From contig NC_058383.1 of NCBI RefSeq assembly GCF_018350175.1, positions 16,494,001 to 16,558,000 of the forward strand: a stretch of DNA of 64,000 bases, in the 5' to 3' direction. The DNA is from Felis catus. Lineage: Eukaryota. Made by a program: the position numbers and the translations under genes. Every line of letters starts with the position of its first letter. The stretch's first letter is position 1. The notes beneath the pieces are model-generated. The model worked only from the letters and a program-made list of their open reading frames with translations. It ran no database searches and was not told the DNA's origin. Below, piece by piece: positions 27,006 to 39,731 of this stretch.

Positions 27006-27572
27006 TCCAAATGGATCATCTCAAATTTTGTTTTTTAATCATCTTCAGACTTGGAGAGAGTTATTAGGAGCAACATAAAGGGCTCATTTATATGCTCAAA
27101 AAAGAGTATCCAATGTATCCAATATGTATATATGCTGAAATGTGTATCCAAAAGAAAAACATTATATTGTTTTTATTTTTGTATTTTATATGAAATAGAT
27201 GTACATGAAGGAGGTTTCCAAATATTGGCAAAGCCTTTATTGATAAAAGCTGGCAAAGAATATTAAGAAGGATGACAAAGGACATTGAATGTTGGATGAA
27301 AGAGAGAGGAAAAGCCACAGTGGAATGTTGTAGAATTCAAGTGAAAATAGTTTGAGAGTAGGTGTATTAGTGATATTTAAGTAGAATAGTTTTTGTGCTG
27401 CAAATGAGAGTGTGGTATGATCCAGGTATGCTGATTTTTTCAGGTATTTTGAAGACAAACAAAATTGAACTGGTTATTTTAACTGAATTATATTTTGAAA
27501 GATGTCTGACTTAATATTTAATTTTTATTTTGGGAGAAGAGGTAGACTTTCTAAGAAAGATGTGAAAACCAT

Positions 27573-27795
27573 GGGGCGCCTGGGTGGCTTGGTCGGTTAA
27601 GCGTCTGACTTCGGCTCAGGTCATGATCTCAGGTCCGTGAGTTCGAGCCCCGCATCAGGCTCTGTGCTGACAGCTCGGAGCCTGGAGCCTGTTTCAGATT
27701 CTGTGTCTCCCTCTCTCTCTGCCCCTCCCCTGTTCATGCTCTGTCTCTCTCTGTCTCAAAAATAAATAAACGTTAAAAAAATTAAAAAAAAAAGT
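27573..27795 (+). mobile_element. Young feline CanSINE
   Basis: Canonical head. TSD aagatgtgaaaacca at 27557-27571 and 27796-27810. Confidence 0.96.
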
Positions 27796-27829
27796 AAGAT
27801 GTGAAAACCAGATTTTTCTCACTCATAAA

Positions 27830-29535
27830 ATAATTTTTAAAAATTAACTATAGTAATACACGTTACATTAGTTTAAGGTGTACACATAATGACTTGACAA
27901 CTTTTACATTCTGCTACACTCACTACAAGTGTAGTTACCATCTGTCACCATACAACACCATTATGATACCATTGACTTTATTTCCTATGGTGTACCTTTC
28001 ACCCACTTGACTTACTTCATAACCAGGAGCCTCTACCCCCTCACTCCCTTTCACCCATTTTTCCCATCTCCCATTCCCCTAGCCTTTGGTAGGCACCAGT
28101 TTGTTTGTATTTATTTGTCGGTTCCTCCTTTTGTTGTTTGCTTATTTGTTCATCTGCTTTGTTTTTTACATTCCACATATAAGTGAAATCATACAGTATT
28201 TTTCTTTCTATGACATTTCACTTAGCTTAGTACCCTCTAGGTCCATCCCTGTTGTCACAGATAGCAAGATCTTATTCTTTTTTAAGGCTGAGTAATATTA
28301 TTTACACACACACACATGCATACACACAGACATACCCCACATCTTATTTATCCATTCATCTATTGATGGAAACAGGTTGCCTCCATGTCTTGGCTATGGT
28401 AAATAATGCTGAAACACACTTAAGGATTCAAATATATTTGAATATATATGGATCCAAATATATATTATTTAGATCCAAATAATCAAATATATATCCAAAT
28501 ATATATTTGATTTCATATATATAAATATATAATATATTATATATAATATAAATAATATATAATATATATTACATAATATATAATAAATATAATATATATT
28601 TATATTATATATATAATATATTATATATATTTATATAATATATATATATTTGAATTAATGTTTTCATTTTGGGGGGTAAATAACCAGTAGTGGAATTACT
28701 GGAACCTATGGTATTTCTATTTTTAACTTTTTAAGGAACCTCCATATTTTTTTCCACAGCACTTGTACCAATTTACATTCCAACCAACAGTGCATGAGGA
28801 TTCCCTTTTTGCCACATCATACCAACATCTGACAGGTGTAAGATTATGTCTCATTGTGGTTTGATTTTCATTTCCTTGATGATAGTAATGTTGAGCATTT
28901 TTTCATGTGTCTGTTGGCCATCTGTATATTTTCATTGGAAAAATGTCTATTCACATCCTCTGCCCAATTTTATAAGTTTATTTTTTCTTTTTGGTGTTGA
29001 GTTGTGGAAGTTCTTTATATATTTTTGTTACTAACCTCATATCAGATATATTATTTGCAAATGTTTTATCCCATTCAGTAGGTTGCCTTTTAATTTGGTT
29101 GATGGTTTCCTCCACTGTACAAAAGTCTTTTATTTTGGTGTAGTCAAAATAGTTTATATTTGTCTTTGTTCCCTTTCCCTGAGGAGACATAGCTAGAAAA
29201 ATGTTGGCAGAAAAATGTTGACCAATGTCCAAGAGATTATTGCTTATGTTTTCTTCTAGGAGTTTTATGGTTTCAGGTTTTGCTTTAGGTAATTAATTAA
29301 TTTTGAGTTTCTGTGTATGGTATATGAACGTAGTCCATTTTCATTCTTTTGCACCTAGCTGCTCAGTTTTTCAGTGTCAATTATTGAAGAGACTTTTACA
29401 CATTGTGTATTCTTTCCTCCTTTGTCATAGATTAATTGGCCATATAAACTTGGGTTTGTTTTGGGGATCTTAATTATGATCCATTTATTTGTCTATTTTT
29501 GTGCCAGTACCATACTGTTTTGATAATTATAGCTA
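27830..29535 (-). mobile_element. Old 5'-truncated L1 (3' portion) with an AT-rich expansion at ~28430-28650
   Basis: Minus ORF 28978..29232 (KRQPTEWDKTFAN) and antisense L1 3'UTR motifs. Confidence 0.85.
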
Positions 29536-29570
29536 TGATGATGATAATGATGATGAGGATGATGATGATG
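29535..29570. repeat. Imperfect (GAT)n microsatellite
   Basis: atgatgatgataatgatgatgaggatgatgatgatg. Confidence 0.9.
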
Positions 29571-29880
29571 CTTCATTTTAAATAAGAATTTTATAAAGTA
29601 GAGGTCTCCTGAAATTTTATTATCAAAAGATGTGAAGAGTTGTGATATAATGAAAAGTGTTGATAATAAGAAATCACTGATATAAGTGTTTCAAAATTCT
29701 AGTACTCTTTAGGTAGGCTGTCCATATATTCAATACTGCACTCCACTTTTTTACATCTCATGATATAAATTTTTTTACATTATATTTTACAGTATATAGT
29801 TTATGTACTGTACAGTATATATTTTTACAGGTTTATTTATATACCATTTTAATATGACAATACTAAAATATTTTTTATAG

Positions 29881-30013
29881 TTTTCAAGAGATCTATGAAG
29901 ATAAAAGACAAAAGTTCTATGATCAATGTCAGAGGGAAGAAGAAGAATTGAAACAAAAGTTTATGCAGCGAGTAAAGGATAAAGAAACAACATTTAAAGA
30001 ATCTGAAAAAGAG
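29881..30013 (+). CDS. SEPTIN14: Septin exon (probably SEPTIN14 exon 9), 133 bp, (S)[44 protein letters not shown]
   Basis: ttttttatag acceptor. Phase 2 matches the previous exon. Septin coiled-coil motif FMQRVKxKE. Ends at a GAG|GCAAGT (GC) donor in phase 0. Confidence 0.9.
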
Positions 30014-31399
30014 GCAAGTACACTGATATAATCCAATTTGTGTTCATTTTAATGTGTATTATTAATTTGGAGTTTTAATATCAAAGGTTTAGTTGATGAT
30101 TTTGGAGGAGACTTGCTACTTTTGAAGTAGCTGTTTACAGTATAGGTTTTGAATACAAGCTTTAAAAATTATAGTCAACAATTTTATTTTTTAGAACATA
30201 TAGACAATTTGTATTTTTAGAAAAAATGAAAATAATTTTGTAAAACCTATTTACCTTTATTTTATAATATGAATTTTCATGAATAAATTTTAATTTATAA
30301 AAAATTCAAACTATTGATATGTGTGATGAGTTATTACTTTCTAATGCTACTACTGCATTATAAAAAATTTTCACTTTTATAAATAAGCAGGTAAATGTTG
30401 AATAACACACATCTTAATTAATTAGAAAACATTTAGTTGGTGAATTATTTGGATTTTTTTTTCATTTCATTCCTTTATGTTTCCAAGAAATTGAAAAAAA
30501 AAAGACAACTTATATAGTTTTGATTACTTGCACCAATACCTTTTTAACAAAAAATATATTTGGAATCATAAATACCTTTCAAATGATTGTGGTTTTAACT
30601 TAATATTTTAGTTTTGAGCAGAAATAGGTACATTGAACATGAACTTCTTTCTCAATAGAAACAATGTAGTGATTAGGTGTTCTGTAACAGATGTCTCAAT
30701 CATGGACAGTTGAATTATAGGTAATAAAAATTCTTTTAGCTTCAGTATAAAGGTAAAGTTTTGGAATTATTCAAGGGTATCTTATGGAATCCAAGAACAG
30801 AAAGCATAACTGGATCTCATGATAACTTAAACCCAAAGTAGGAGGTTATCAGAAACCAAATCAGCCATTTACATTCTCTATTTCTTCCCTACTTTATTCC
30901 CCTTAGTTATGGCACTTAACTGTGTACATCTGTTTCATTTTTGTCCTCTGGTCATCAGTTATTCTCCCATTCTTCAGTTATATTTCCCTCAAGAAAAACC
31001 AAACATAACTTAAAATTGGTTGTGCAGAGTGATGAAATTCTTAACAGAGAACAGAGATTAATTTTTGTAGAAAAAAAATTAAATTTCTGGTAGAAATAAA
31101 ATGACCGGGATAGTAAAAGCAACCACAAAGAGTAAAATGAAAGGAAATGGGCCCACCAGACTTGCTCAGAAAAGGAACAGCTTAGTTATTGAAAACATGA
31201 TAAGTAGACAGAAGTTATGATTAACTGACAAGGAAAGTGGAGACTCACAGAGGTAAAGCAAACTTTTTAAGCACATGTAGCAGATAAATTAGAATTCAAA
31301 CTTACAACTTTATAATTTTCAAATACTTAAAATTGATGTTTGTACATTTCCCACATTACTAGAGATTTCATCATCTTTCTTCTTATCTTCTTAAATCTG

Positions 31400-34300
31400 T
31401 TATTTTAATTTCAGTTAGCATACAATGTTATTTTTAAAAAATTTTTTAACGTTTACTTATTTTTGAGAGAAAGAGACAGAACATGACGGGAGAGGGACGG
31501 AGAGAGAGGGAGACACAGACTCTGAAGTAGGCTCCAGGCTCTGAGCTGTCGGCACAGAGCCTGATGTGGGCCTCTAACTCACAAACTATGAGATCATGAC
31601 CTGAGCTGAAGTCGGACGCTCAACTGACTGAGCCACCCAGGCGCCCCAGCATACAGTGTTATATTAGTTTCAAGTGTACAATATAGTGATTCAACACTTC
31701 CATATGCTACCCTGGGCTCATCACAAGTGCACTCCCAATCCCCAATCACCTCTTTAACCAATCCCCCCACACCCTCCTGTCTCTATCAGTTTGCTCTCTA
31801 TAATTAAGAGTCTGCTTCTTGAACTTTCTCTCTGCTCACTTGTTTTGTTTAACAAATTCCACATGTGAGTGAAATCATATGGTATTTGGCTTTCTCTGAC
31901 TGACTTACTTTGCTTAGTTGTAGTCTCTAGCTACATCCATGTCATTGCAAATGGCAAGATTTCATTCTTTTTCATGGCAGAATAATATTCCATTGCAATA
32001 TATATACCCCATCTTTATTTAAATATTAATCAATGAATGGGCACATGGACTGCATCCATATATTAGCTATAGTAAATAATGCTGCTGTATGTATCCTTTT
32101 GAATTAGTGTTCTTGTATTCTTCAGGTAAAAATCAGTAGTGCAATTGCTGGATCACAGGGTAGTTCTATTTTTAACTTTTTGAGGAACCTCCATACTTTT
32201 CTCCAGAATGGCTGCACCTTTGCACAGTGCATGAAGATTTCTATTTCTCCACATCCTCACTGACACCTGTTGTTTCTTGTGTTGTTGATTTTAGCCATTC
32301 TGACAGGTGTGAGGTGATGTCTCATTGTAGTTTCTACTTGCACTTCCCTGATGGTAAGTGATGATGAACATCTTGTCACCTGTCTGTTGGCCATCTGCAT
32401 GCCTTCTTTGGAGAATTGTCTGTTCATGTCTTCTGCCCATTTTTTAATTGGATTGTTTGTTTTTTGGGGGGATGTTGACTTTTATAATTCCTTTATATAA
32501 TTTGGATACTAACCCTTTAGCAGATTTGTCATTTGCAAATATCTTCTCTCATTCCTTAAGTTGCCTTTGAATTTTGTTGATTGTTTCCTTCAGTGTGAAG
32601 GAGGTTTTTATCTTGATGAAGTCACAAGAGTTTATTCTTGCTTTTGTTTCCAATACTTCAGGAGACATATCTAGAAAAAAGTTGTTATGGCTGATGTCAA
32701 AGAGGTTACTGCTTATGTTCTTTTCTCAGATTTTATGGTTTTTGGTCTCACATTTAGGTCCTTAATCCATTTTGAACTGTTTTATGTGTATGGTGTAAGA
32801 AAGTGGTTCCGTTTCATTCATTTGCATGTTGCTGTCCTGTTTTCCCAACACCATTTGTTGAAAAGACTATCTTTTTCCACTGGATATTCTTTCTTGCTTT
32901 GTTGAAGATTAATTCACTATATGGTTGTGGGTTTATTTCTAGGTTTTCTATTCTTTTCTCTTGATATATGTATCTATTTTGTGCCAGTAACAAAGCATTT
33001 TGATCACTGCAGATATGTAATATAACTTGAAGTCTGGAATTGTGGTATCTCCAGCTTTGCTTTTCTTTTTCAAGATTTCTTTGGCTGTTTGGTGTCTTTT
33101 GTGGTTCCATACAAATTTTAGGATTGTTCTATGAAAAAAGCTGTTGGTATTTTAATAGGGATTGCATTACATGTGTAGATTGCTTTGGGTAGTATAAAGA
33201 TTTTAACATTTGTTCTTCCAATCCATTTCTTGATGTTATCTTCAATTTCTTTCATCAGCATTAGTTTTCAGAATACAATTGTTTTACTTCTTTGTTTATG
33301 TTTATTCCTAGGTATCTTATTATTTTGGGTGCAATTATAAATGGGATTGTTTTCTTTAATTTCTTTCTGCTGTTTTATTATTTGTGTATAAGTGCAATAG
33401 ATTTGTGTATGTTGATTTTGTATCCTGCAACTTTACTAAATTCATTTATTTGTTTATTCATTTTAGCAGGTTTTTTTCGTGGAGTCTTTTGGGTTTTCTA
33501 GAGTTTCATGCAGTCTGCATTTAGTGAAAATTTGACTTCTTCCTTGATGATATGAATTCTTTTTTATTTCTTTTTGTTATCTGATTGCTGTAGCTAGGAC
33601 TTCCAGTACTATGTTGAATACAAGGGGAGAGAGTACATCCTTGTCTTGTTCCTGACCTTAGGGGAAAAACTCTCAGTTTTTCCCCTTTAAGGATAATGTT
33701 AGCTGTACATTTTTCTTATATGGTCATTATTATGTTGAAGTCTATACCCTCTATGCCTATTTTGTTGAGGGTTCTCATCAAGAATGAATGTGTACTTTGT
33801 CAAATTCTTTTTCTACATCGATTGGGAGGATCATATGGTTATCTTTTCTTTTATTAATGTAATGTGTCACATTGATTGACTTGCAAATATTGAACCACCA
33901 TTAATCCAGGTAAAATCCCACTTGGTCATGATGAATTATTCTTTAATGTATTGTTGGATTGGATTTAACAATATTTTTTTGAGAAATTTTGCAACCATCA
34001 GAGATACTGGCCTGTAGATCTCTTTTAGTGGAGTCTTAGTCTGGTTTTGGAATCAGGGTAATCACTGGCCTCATAGAATGAGTTTGGAAGTTTTCTTTCC
34101 ATTTCTACTCTTTTGGACTAATTTGAGAAGAATAGGTATTAACTCTTTTTAAAATGTTTGCTAGAGTTCTCCTGTGAAGCCATTTGGCCCTGGACTTTTG
34201 TTTGCTGGGAGTTTTCTGATTACTGATACAATTTCTTTGCTGGTTATCGATGTGTTCAAGTTTCCTATTTCTTGCTGTTTCAGCTTTGGCGGTTAATATG

Positions 34301-37300
34301 TTAAGCAATTTATCCATTTCTTCCAAATTATCCTATTTGTTGGCATATAATTTTTCATAACATTCTTTTGTAATTGTTTGTGTTTCTGTGGTGTTGGTTG
34401 TTATTTCTCCTGTCTCATTTGTGATTTTATTTATATGAGTCCTTTCCTCTCTCTTTTCTTTTTGATAATTCTGGCTAGGGGGTTATCAATTTTATTTTTT
34501 TTCAGAGAACCAGTTCCCAGTTTCATTGCTGTGACCTGTTTTGTTTTGTTTTTAGTTTCTATATCATTTATTTTTGTTATAATCTTGATTATTTCCTTCC
34601 TTCGGCTGGTTTGGGGTTTTGTTTACTGTTGTGTTTCTAGTTTCTTTAGTGTAAGGTTAGGTTGCTTAGATTTTTCTTTCTCTTGAGGTAGGCCTATATT
34701 GCTATAAACAGCCCTCTGGAACTGCTTTTGCTGCATTCCAGATGTTTTGGACTCTTGTTTTCTCATACGTTTTCATGTACTTTGAAAGAGTTTGGTGTTT
34801 TCTTAAAAAACTAGTCATGCCCTTTTCAATATAATTCAACAATTGTACTCCTTGGTATTTACCTAGAGGAAATGAAACTTATGTCCACACAAAAACCTAT
34901 ACACAGATGTTTAAAAGAGATGTATTCATTATTGCCAAAACTTGGAACAACTGAGATGTCTTCCAGTAGCTGAATGGTATAAAGTGGGGTGTTAAAGTCC
35001 CCTACTATTATTGTATTATCAATGAGTACCTTTATGTTTGTTTCAAATTTTAATATATTTGGGGGCTATCATGTCGGGTGTATAAATATTTACAACTGTT
35101 AGATATTATATTTGGAATGTCCTCTGTATTTTGATATTGTGCCTTCTTTCATCTCTTGTTATAGTCTTTGTTTTAAGTCTATTTTGTCTGATACAAGTAT
35201 TGCTACTCTGGCTTTCTTTGACATCCATTTGCATGAAAGATGTTTCTCCATCCCCTTGTTTTCAATCTGTATGTGTCTTTAAGTTGAAAATGGGTCTTTT
35301 GAAGACAGCACATAGATGGGTCTAGGTTTTTTTTTTTTATCCATCTGTCACCCTATATCTTTTGATTGGAATACTTAGTTCACTTACATTCAAAGTAGTT
35401 ATTGATAGATGTGTAGTCAGTGTCATTTCATTACTTGTTTTGTTACTGTTTCTGAAGATCTTTTCTGATCCTTTCTTCTTTGTCACTTTTGGTCCCTCCT
35501 TTCCATTCAGAGTTCCATTTAATATTTATTGCAGGGCTGGTTTAGTGGTCATGAACTCCTTTGGTTTTGTTTGCTGGGAAACTCCTCATCTCTTTATTCT
35601 AAATGAAAGCTTTTCTGGATAGAGTATCCTTAGCCACAGATTTTTCCCATTCATCACTTTCAATATATCATGCCACTTCCTTCTGGCTTGCCAAGTTTAT
35701 ATTGAGAAATATCCAGCTAGCCTTGTGGGTCTTCCCTTGTAAAGACTTCTGCTTGTAAGATGTTTTCTCTGTCTCTATATTTTACAAATTTTATTACAAT
35801 ATGTCTTGGTGTTGAGTTGCTTTTGTTGATTTTGATGGGAGTTCTGTGTGCCTCTTGGATCTAGATATTTGTTTCCTTCCCCAGATTAGGGAAATTTTCA
35901 GCTATTATTTCCTCACATAAATTTTCTAACCCCACCCCCATTGTTTCTATTCTTCTATAAGAAGAGAAACTATACAACGCTGATGAAAGAGATTCATATC
36001 TTTCATAAAATGAATGTTATTACATTTGATGGATTCATTGAGTTCCCTGATTCTATTCTTGTGTTGCATAATTCTTTCTTTTCTTCAGCTTCTTTATTTT
36101 CCATTATTCTCCCTTCCAGGACACTATATTATTCCACTGCTTCTTTCGGTCTGCTCTTCATTGCATCAAGCTTGTTTCCCACCGTGTTTATTTCAATCTT
36201 CATCCCTGATTGGTTCTTTTTAACTCTCTTATCTCTGTGGTAAGGGTCTCATTGGTGTCTTCTATTCTTTTCTGAATAGAGTATCCTTATGATTGTTCCT
36301 TTAAAGTTTCCGTCAGGCATGTTACCTATATTTGTTTTACTTAGCTCTCTGATTTGGCTTTATCTTGTTCTTTCATTTGGGATAAATTACTCTGTTTTGG
36401 CATTTTGTCTAATTCTCTCCTTTCTTCTCTGTGTTAGAAAAGCCAGTTGTGTCTCTTCCTCCTGAAAGTAATGGCCTAATAAAGAAGAGGTCAGGTAGTG
36501 CTCAGGCCTGGTACTTCCTGAAGTATGTGCAGTTTGTACTGTGTGCACTCTGCTGTTGTTTTCTGGCTGCTCTATCCTTCAGGCTACTCATCTGCAGAGG
36601 CTCTCCTTGCCTGCAGTGGGTAATGTTTAATCTCAGGCCTGAATGTGGTGAGTTTTAACTAGATATGCTCTGGTCTGCTTGTGAAATGAGACCTGACATC
36701 AGTTCCGCTAGAAGTGAGGCCCTGCAGTACTCCTTGGTCAGGAGATGTGATCTGGGCAGACGTTTGTGCTGGTGTTCTGAGAGAGGGGCCTGCCACACTG
36801 GGACTGAGGCAAGCTTGACTGAGAAGGCAGTCCTGGTAGAATGCATGGGGCTTGGTATATGGAAGTTAGGCAGCCAGTGTCAGTGCTGCACTGCTTCCAG
36901 CAGGTGGCTCTGTGTTTTTGCTGAAGGATGGAGAAGGGAAATTGTGCCAGTCAACTCCTTTGTTCCTGGAGAGATGTGTTAGTGAATGCTGTCTCTCAGA
37001 GAAGCTCTAAGAAGGACAAATAATCTTTCCAATTATGTGCCCCAGGTGTTCTTCAGATCACTGTTTCCATGCCATCTGCCCCTGTGTTCTTTGCCTATCT
37101 TCTCTCCAGGAGCAGGACAGTGCTTTCAGGGCTCTATCTGAGCCAAACTTTCTGATCTTGAAAACTCCAGGATCTAAGCCTCACAGGTTGTAAGAACTCA
37201 CATAGTTCAACCCATTTTATTTTCCAAGCCAATGGCTATGAGGAAACATTCTCCTTGTGCATTCCTCCATGTGCTCCCCTCACTCTCTCCCTTTTCCATG

Positions 37301-37560
37301 ACCAACAGCTACCTGTTGGTATCAGGTTGTTGATATCAGGTTTCCTTCACAGCACCTGATATCCATTTCTCCTCTAAATCACATCTCCACACTTACTATC
37401 TTCTTTGATGTGACCTCTTCTCTCCCTTTAATTGTGGAGTTTGTTCTGTCAGTCTTCAGGTTTATTTTTGGCACATTTAGGATAATTGGATAGTTAATTA
37501 GTTGTGTTTGTGGGAGAAGGTGAGCCTCAGTTCCTCCTACTCCACTGCCATCTTCCTTCC
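31400..37560 (-). mobile_element. Old near full-length antisense carnivore L1 in the last septin intron
   Basis: Antisense 3'UTR, ORF2 and ORF1 remnants. The 5' end reads tccactgccatcttcc (reverse complement ggaagatggcagtgga) at ~37541-37556. A short sense L1 piece interrupts it at ~34785-34975. Confidence 0.88.
31431..31647 (-). mobile_element. Feline CanSINE
   Basis: Ends gagccacccaggcgcccc. TSD agcataca(a/g)tgtta at 31417-31430 and 31648-31661. Confidence 0.93.
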
Positions 37561-37735
37561 AAGTCTCACCTTCCCATCTTTAAGTGAGTTTTCTCACTGA
37601 TTTTTGCCATCATTTATAGATACCACACTCTCACATCCCCAGTCTTTTCAACTGTGTGTCAGTATTCATTTCCTTCTCAGGCATGAAAATGTAATTCTAT
37701 CTGACTTCAGCAGAAGGAATGTAATCTTTACTTAT

Positions 37736-38168
37736 GGGCGCCTGTGTGGCTCAGTCGATTAAGCATCTGACTTCAGCTCAGGTTATGATGTCATGGCTCA
37801 TGGGTTCAAGCCCCATGTCAGCTATGCTGACAGCTTGGAGCCTGGAACCTCCTTCAGATTCTGTGTCTCCGTCTTTCCCTGCCCCTCCCCTACTCTATCT
37901 CTCAAAAAATAAATAAACATTAAAAAAAATAAAAAAAAAACCCACCATGGATTTGGGACACCTGGGTAGCCCAGTCGGTTAAGCATCAGACTCTTGATTT
38001 CGGCTCAGGTCACGATCTCACAGTTCATGAGATCAAGCTCCACATTGGGTTCCATGCTCACAGCATGGAACCTGCTTGAGATTCTCTTTCTCCCTCTCTG
38101 TCTCTCCCCCACTCACTCTCTCTCTGTCTCTCAGAAAGAAAGAAAGAGGAAGAAAGAAAAAAAGAAAG
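37736..38168 (+). mobile_element. Two adjacent CanSINEs (37736-37940, 37955-38168)
   Basis: Two tRNA-derived heads, each with a CT linker and A-rich tail. accatggat flanks the second. Confidence 0.9.
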
Positions 38169-38175
38169 ACCATGG

Positions 38176-38335
38176 ATCTCAAACTTTGTTGCACACTAAA
38201 ATTACCTGGGGATTTTCTAAAAGGACTGATGCTCAGGTTTCATTTCCAGATAGTGTGATGCAATTGATCTGTGGGTAGCCTGTGCATTAGGAGATTTACA
38301 AACTTACTGAATGATTCTAATGGGCATCTAGGGTA
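38176..38335 (+). mobile_element. MER5-like (hAT-Charlie) DNA transposon relic
   Basis: tctcaaactttgttgcacactaaaattacctgggg...gattctaatg resembles the MER5 consensus as I recall it. Highly decayed. Confidence 0.6.
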
Positions 38336-39127
38336 ATATCAACACCATGCTTGTGTTCTTCACAGCCATATAAGGCAGCTAATTAATATTGTGGCAATTT
38401 AAGCCCCTAGTCTGTTTTTCAAAAAGTTAAACTGAAAATTAGTTGGTCCTTTATAATTTTTTTGGATTAGCAAAAATTCAAAAAAATCATACCATCTCTG
38501 ATGCATACAAGCAATCCTTATGTTGAATAATGTCTTACTAAGACCCAGGCCTGTCTCTAATGGAAACTAAGGTGGTATTATCTCTTTCTTAGGATTAATT
38601 TGGCTTAAATCCCACAGATTAAAGATCTCAGTAGTAAATAACAAGTAACTGAATGAGGTTTTTTTCTTCCTATAATTGTACTAATCTTACTTAACAAGGA
38701 AATTATCAGACTTTCTTTTGAAATGACTTTATCAATTAAAGTATAGACAAAAAACTTATAATCCATGTCATAATTTAATGTATGTATCTTTACAGGACAT
38801 GGATCTATCAATTTTTACTCAGAGAGATTAGTGGAAAAGTATAGAGTGAAAAATTATACATTAGTAAAAATTTTTAAATTGAGTATTTTTCATAATTTTG
38901 CATCTTATTACATTTGGCTCAATGGGAACACATTTAAAATTAAAATTAAGAAAGAAATTTCATATATGATTTTCTACTTTAAACATGAAATTTAGAGACT
39001 GTTACTAAGATCATGCTCTACTCTGATGATTAGGTTATATTTAATAACCAGTAGAAAACACCATCAAGTCCCTGGGAATGTGCTACCATAGTGTGCATTG
39101 AGTCACAGCTGCGCATTTGTTTTACAG

Positions 39128-39307
39128 TTACAAGAAAAGTTTGAGCATCTTAAACGAGTCCAACAAGAGGAGACAATGAAACTTGAGGAGAAGAGAAGAC
39201 AATTGGAAGAAGAAATAATGGATTTTTATAAATTGAAGGCTGTTTCTGGAACATTACAGACTCTGGTGTGCACCAATATAAAGAAGGAGAAAGATCGTAA
39301 GAAATAG
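39128..39307 (+). CDS. SEPTIN14: Terminal coding exon of septin (probably SEPTIN14 exon 10), [37 protein letters not shown]...KKEKDRKK*
   Basis: ttttacag acceptor, phase 0, TAG stop at 39305-39307 (ORF 39098..39307). The C-terminus resembles SEPT14. The four exons total 579 nt = 192 aa plus stop. Confidence 0.92.
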   Translation, partial: LQEKFEHLKRVQQEETMKLEEKRRQLEEEIMDFYKLKAVSGTLQTLVCTNIKKEKDRKK

Positions 39308-39339
39308 CCCTCTCTTACCATTCTGTGTATTATAGAGCC

Positions 39340-39520
39340 CTATCGCTCTCAAGTCTATCTTTCTGTGAGATTATCTTTATAGCACTTAACTCTTCCCCAA
39401 TTAGAATGAGAACTTCCCAAGAGCAGGTACCCTGACCATCATATTAGATTTTGTGTCTTCAGTGTTTTTAACAAAAACTAACACAGTTTCCACTCAATAA
39501 ATATTTGCTAAAATGAAAAA
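39340..39520 (+). mobile_element. L2 3'-end relic in the septin 3'UTR; supplies AATAAA at 39496-39501
   Basis: ctcaataaatatttgctaaaatgaa is the characteristic L2 terminus. Confidence 0.65.
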
Positions 39521-39616
39521 AAAAATCTAAGAAATGCATAGCATAGTGTAAGTAGTGTTGATTAGCTGTTTTTGTTTGTTTTTTTAATACCATAGCTCTG
39601 GCTATGGCTCCAGTGC

Positions 39617-39705
39617 ATAACTATAACTATAACTATAACTATAACTATAACTACTATATAACTATAACTATAAAACTATAACAACTATAACAACTATAAC
39701 TATAT
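39617..39705. repeat. (ACTATA)n hexamer repeat, imperfect
   Basis: ataactataactataactata... Confidence 0.93.
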
Positions 39706-39731
39706 ATCTAGGGGATTTGTTCATGAGCCAT

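Noticed and set aside
29780..29830. Alternative ttttacag acceptors upstream of the 29881 exon
   Set aside because: Only the tatag at 29880 joins the septin sequence in frame without an AT-rich insertion. No evidence the others are used.
19464..39307. Septin processed pseudogene
   Set aside because: Introns are present with phase-compatible splice sites, and the 192-aa frame is uninterrupted.
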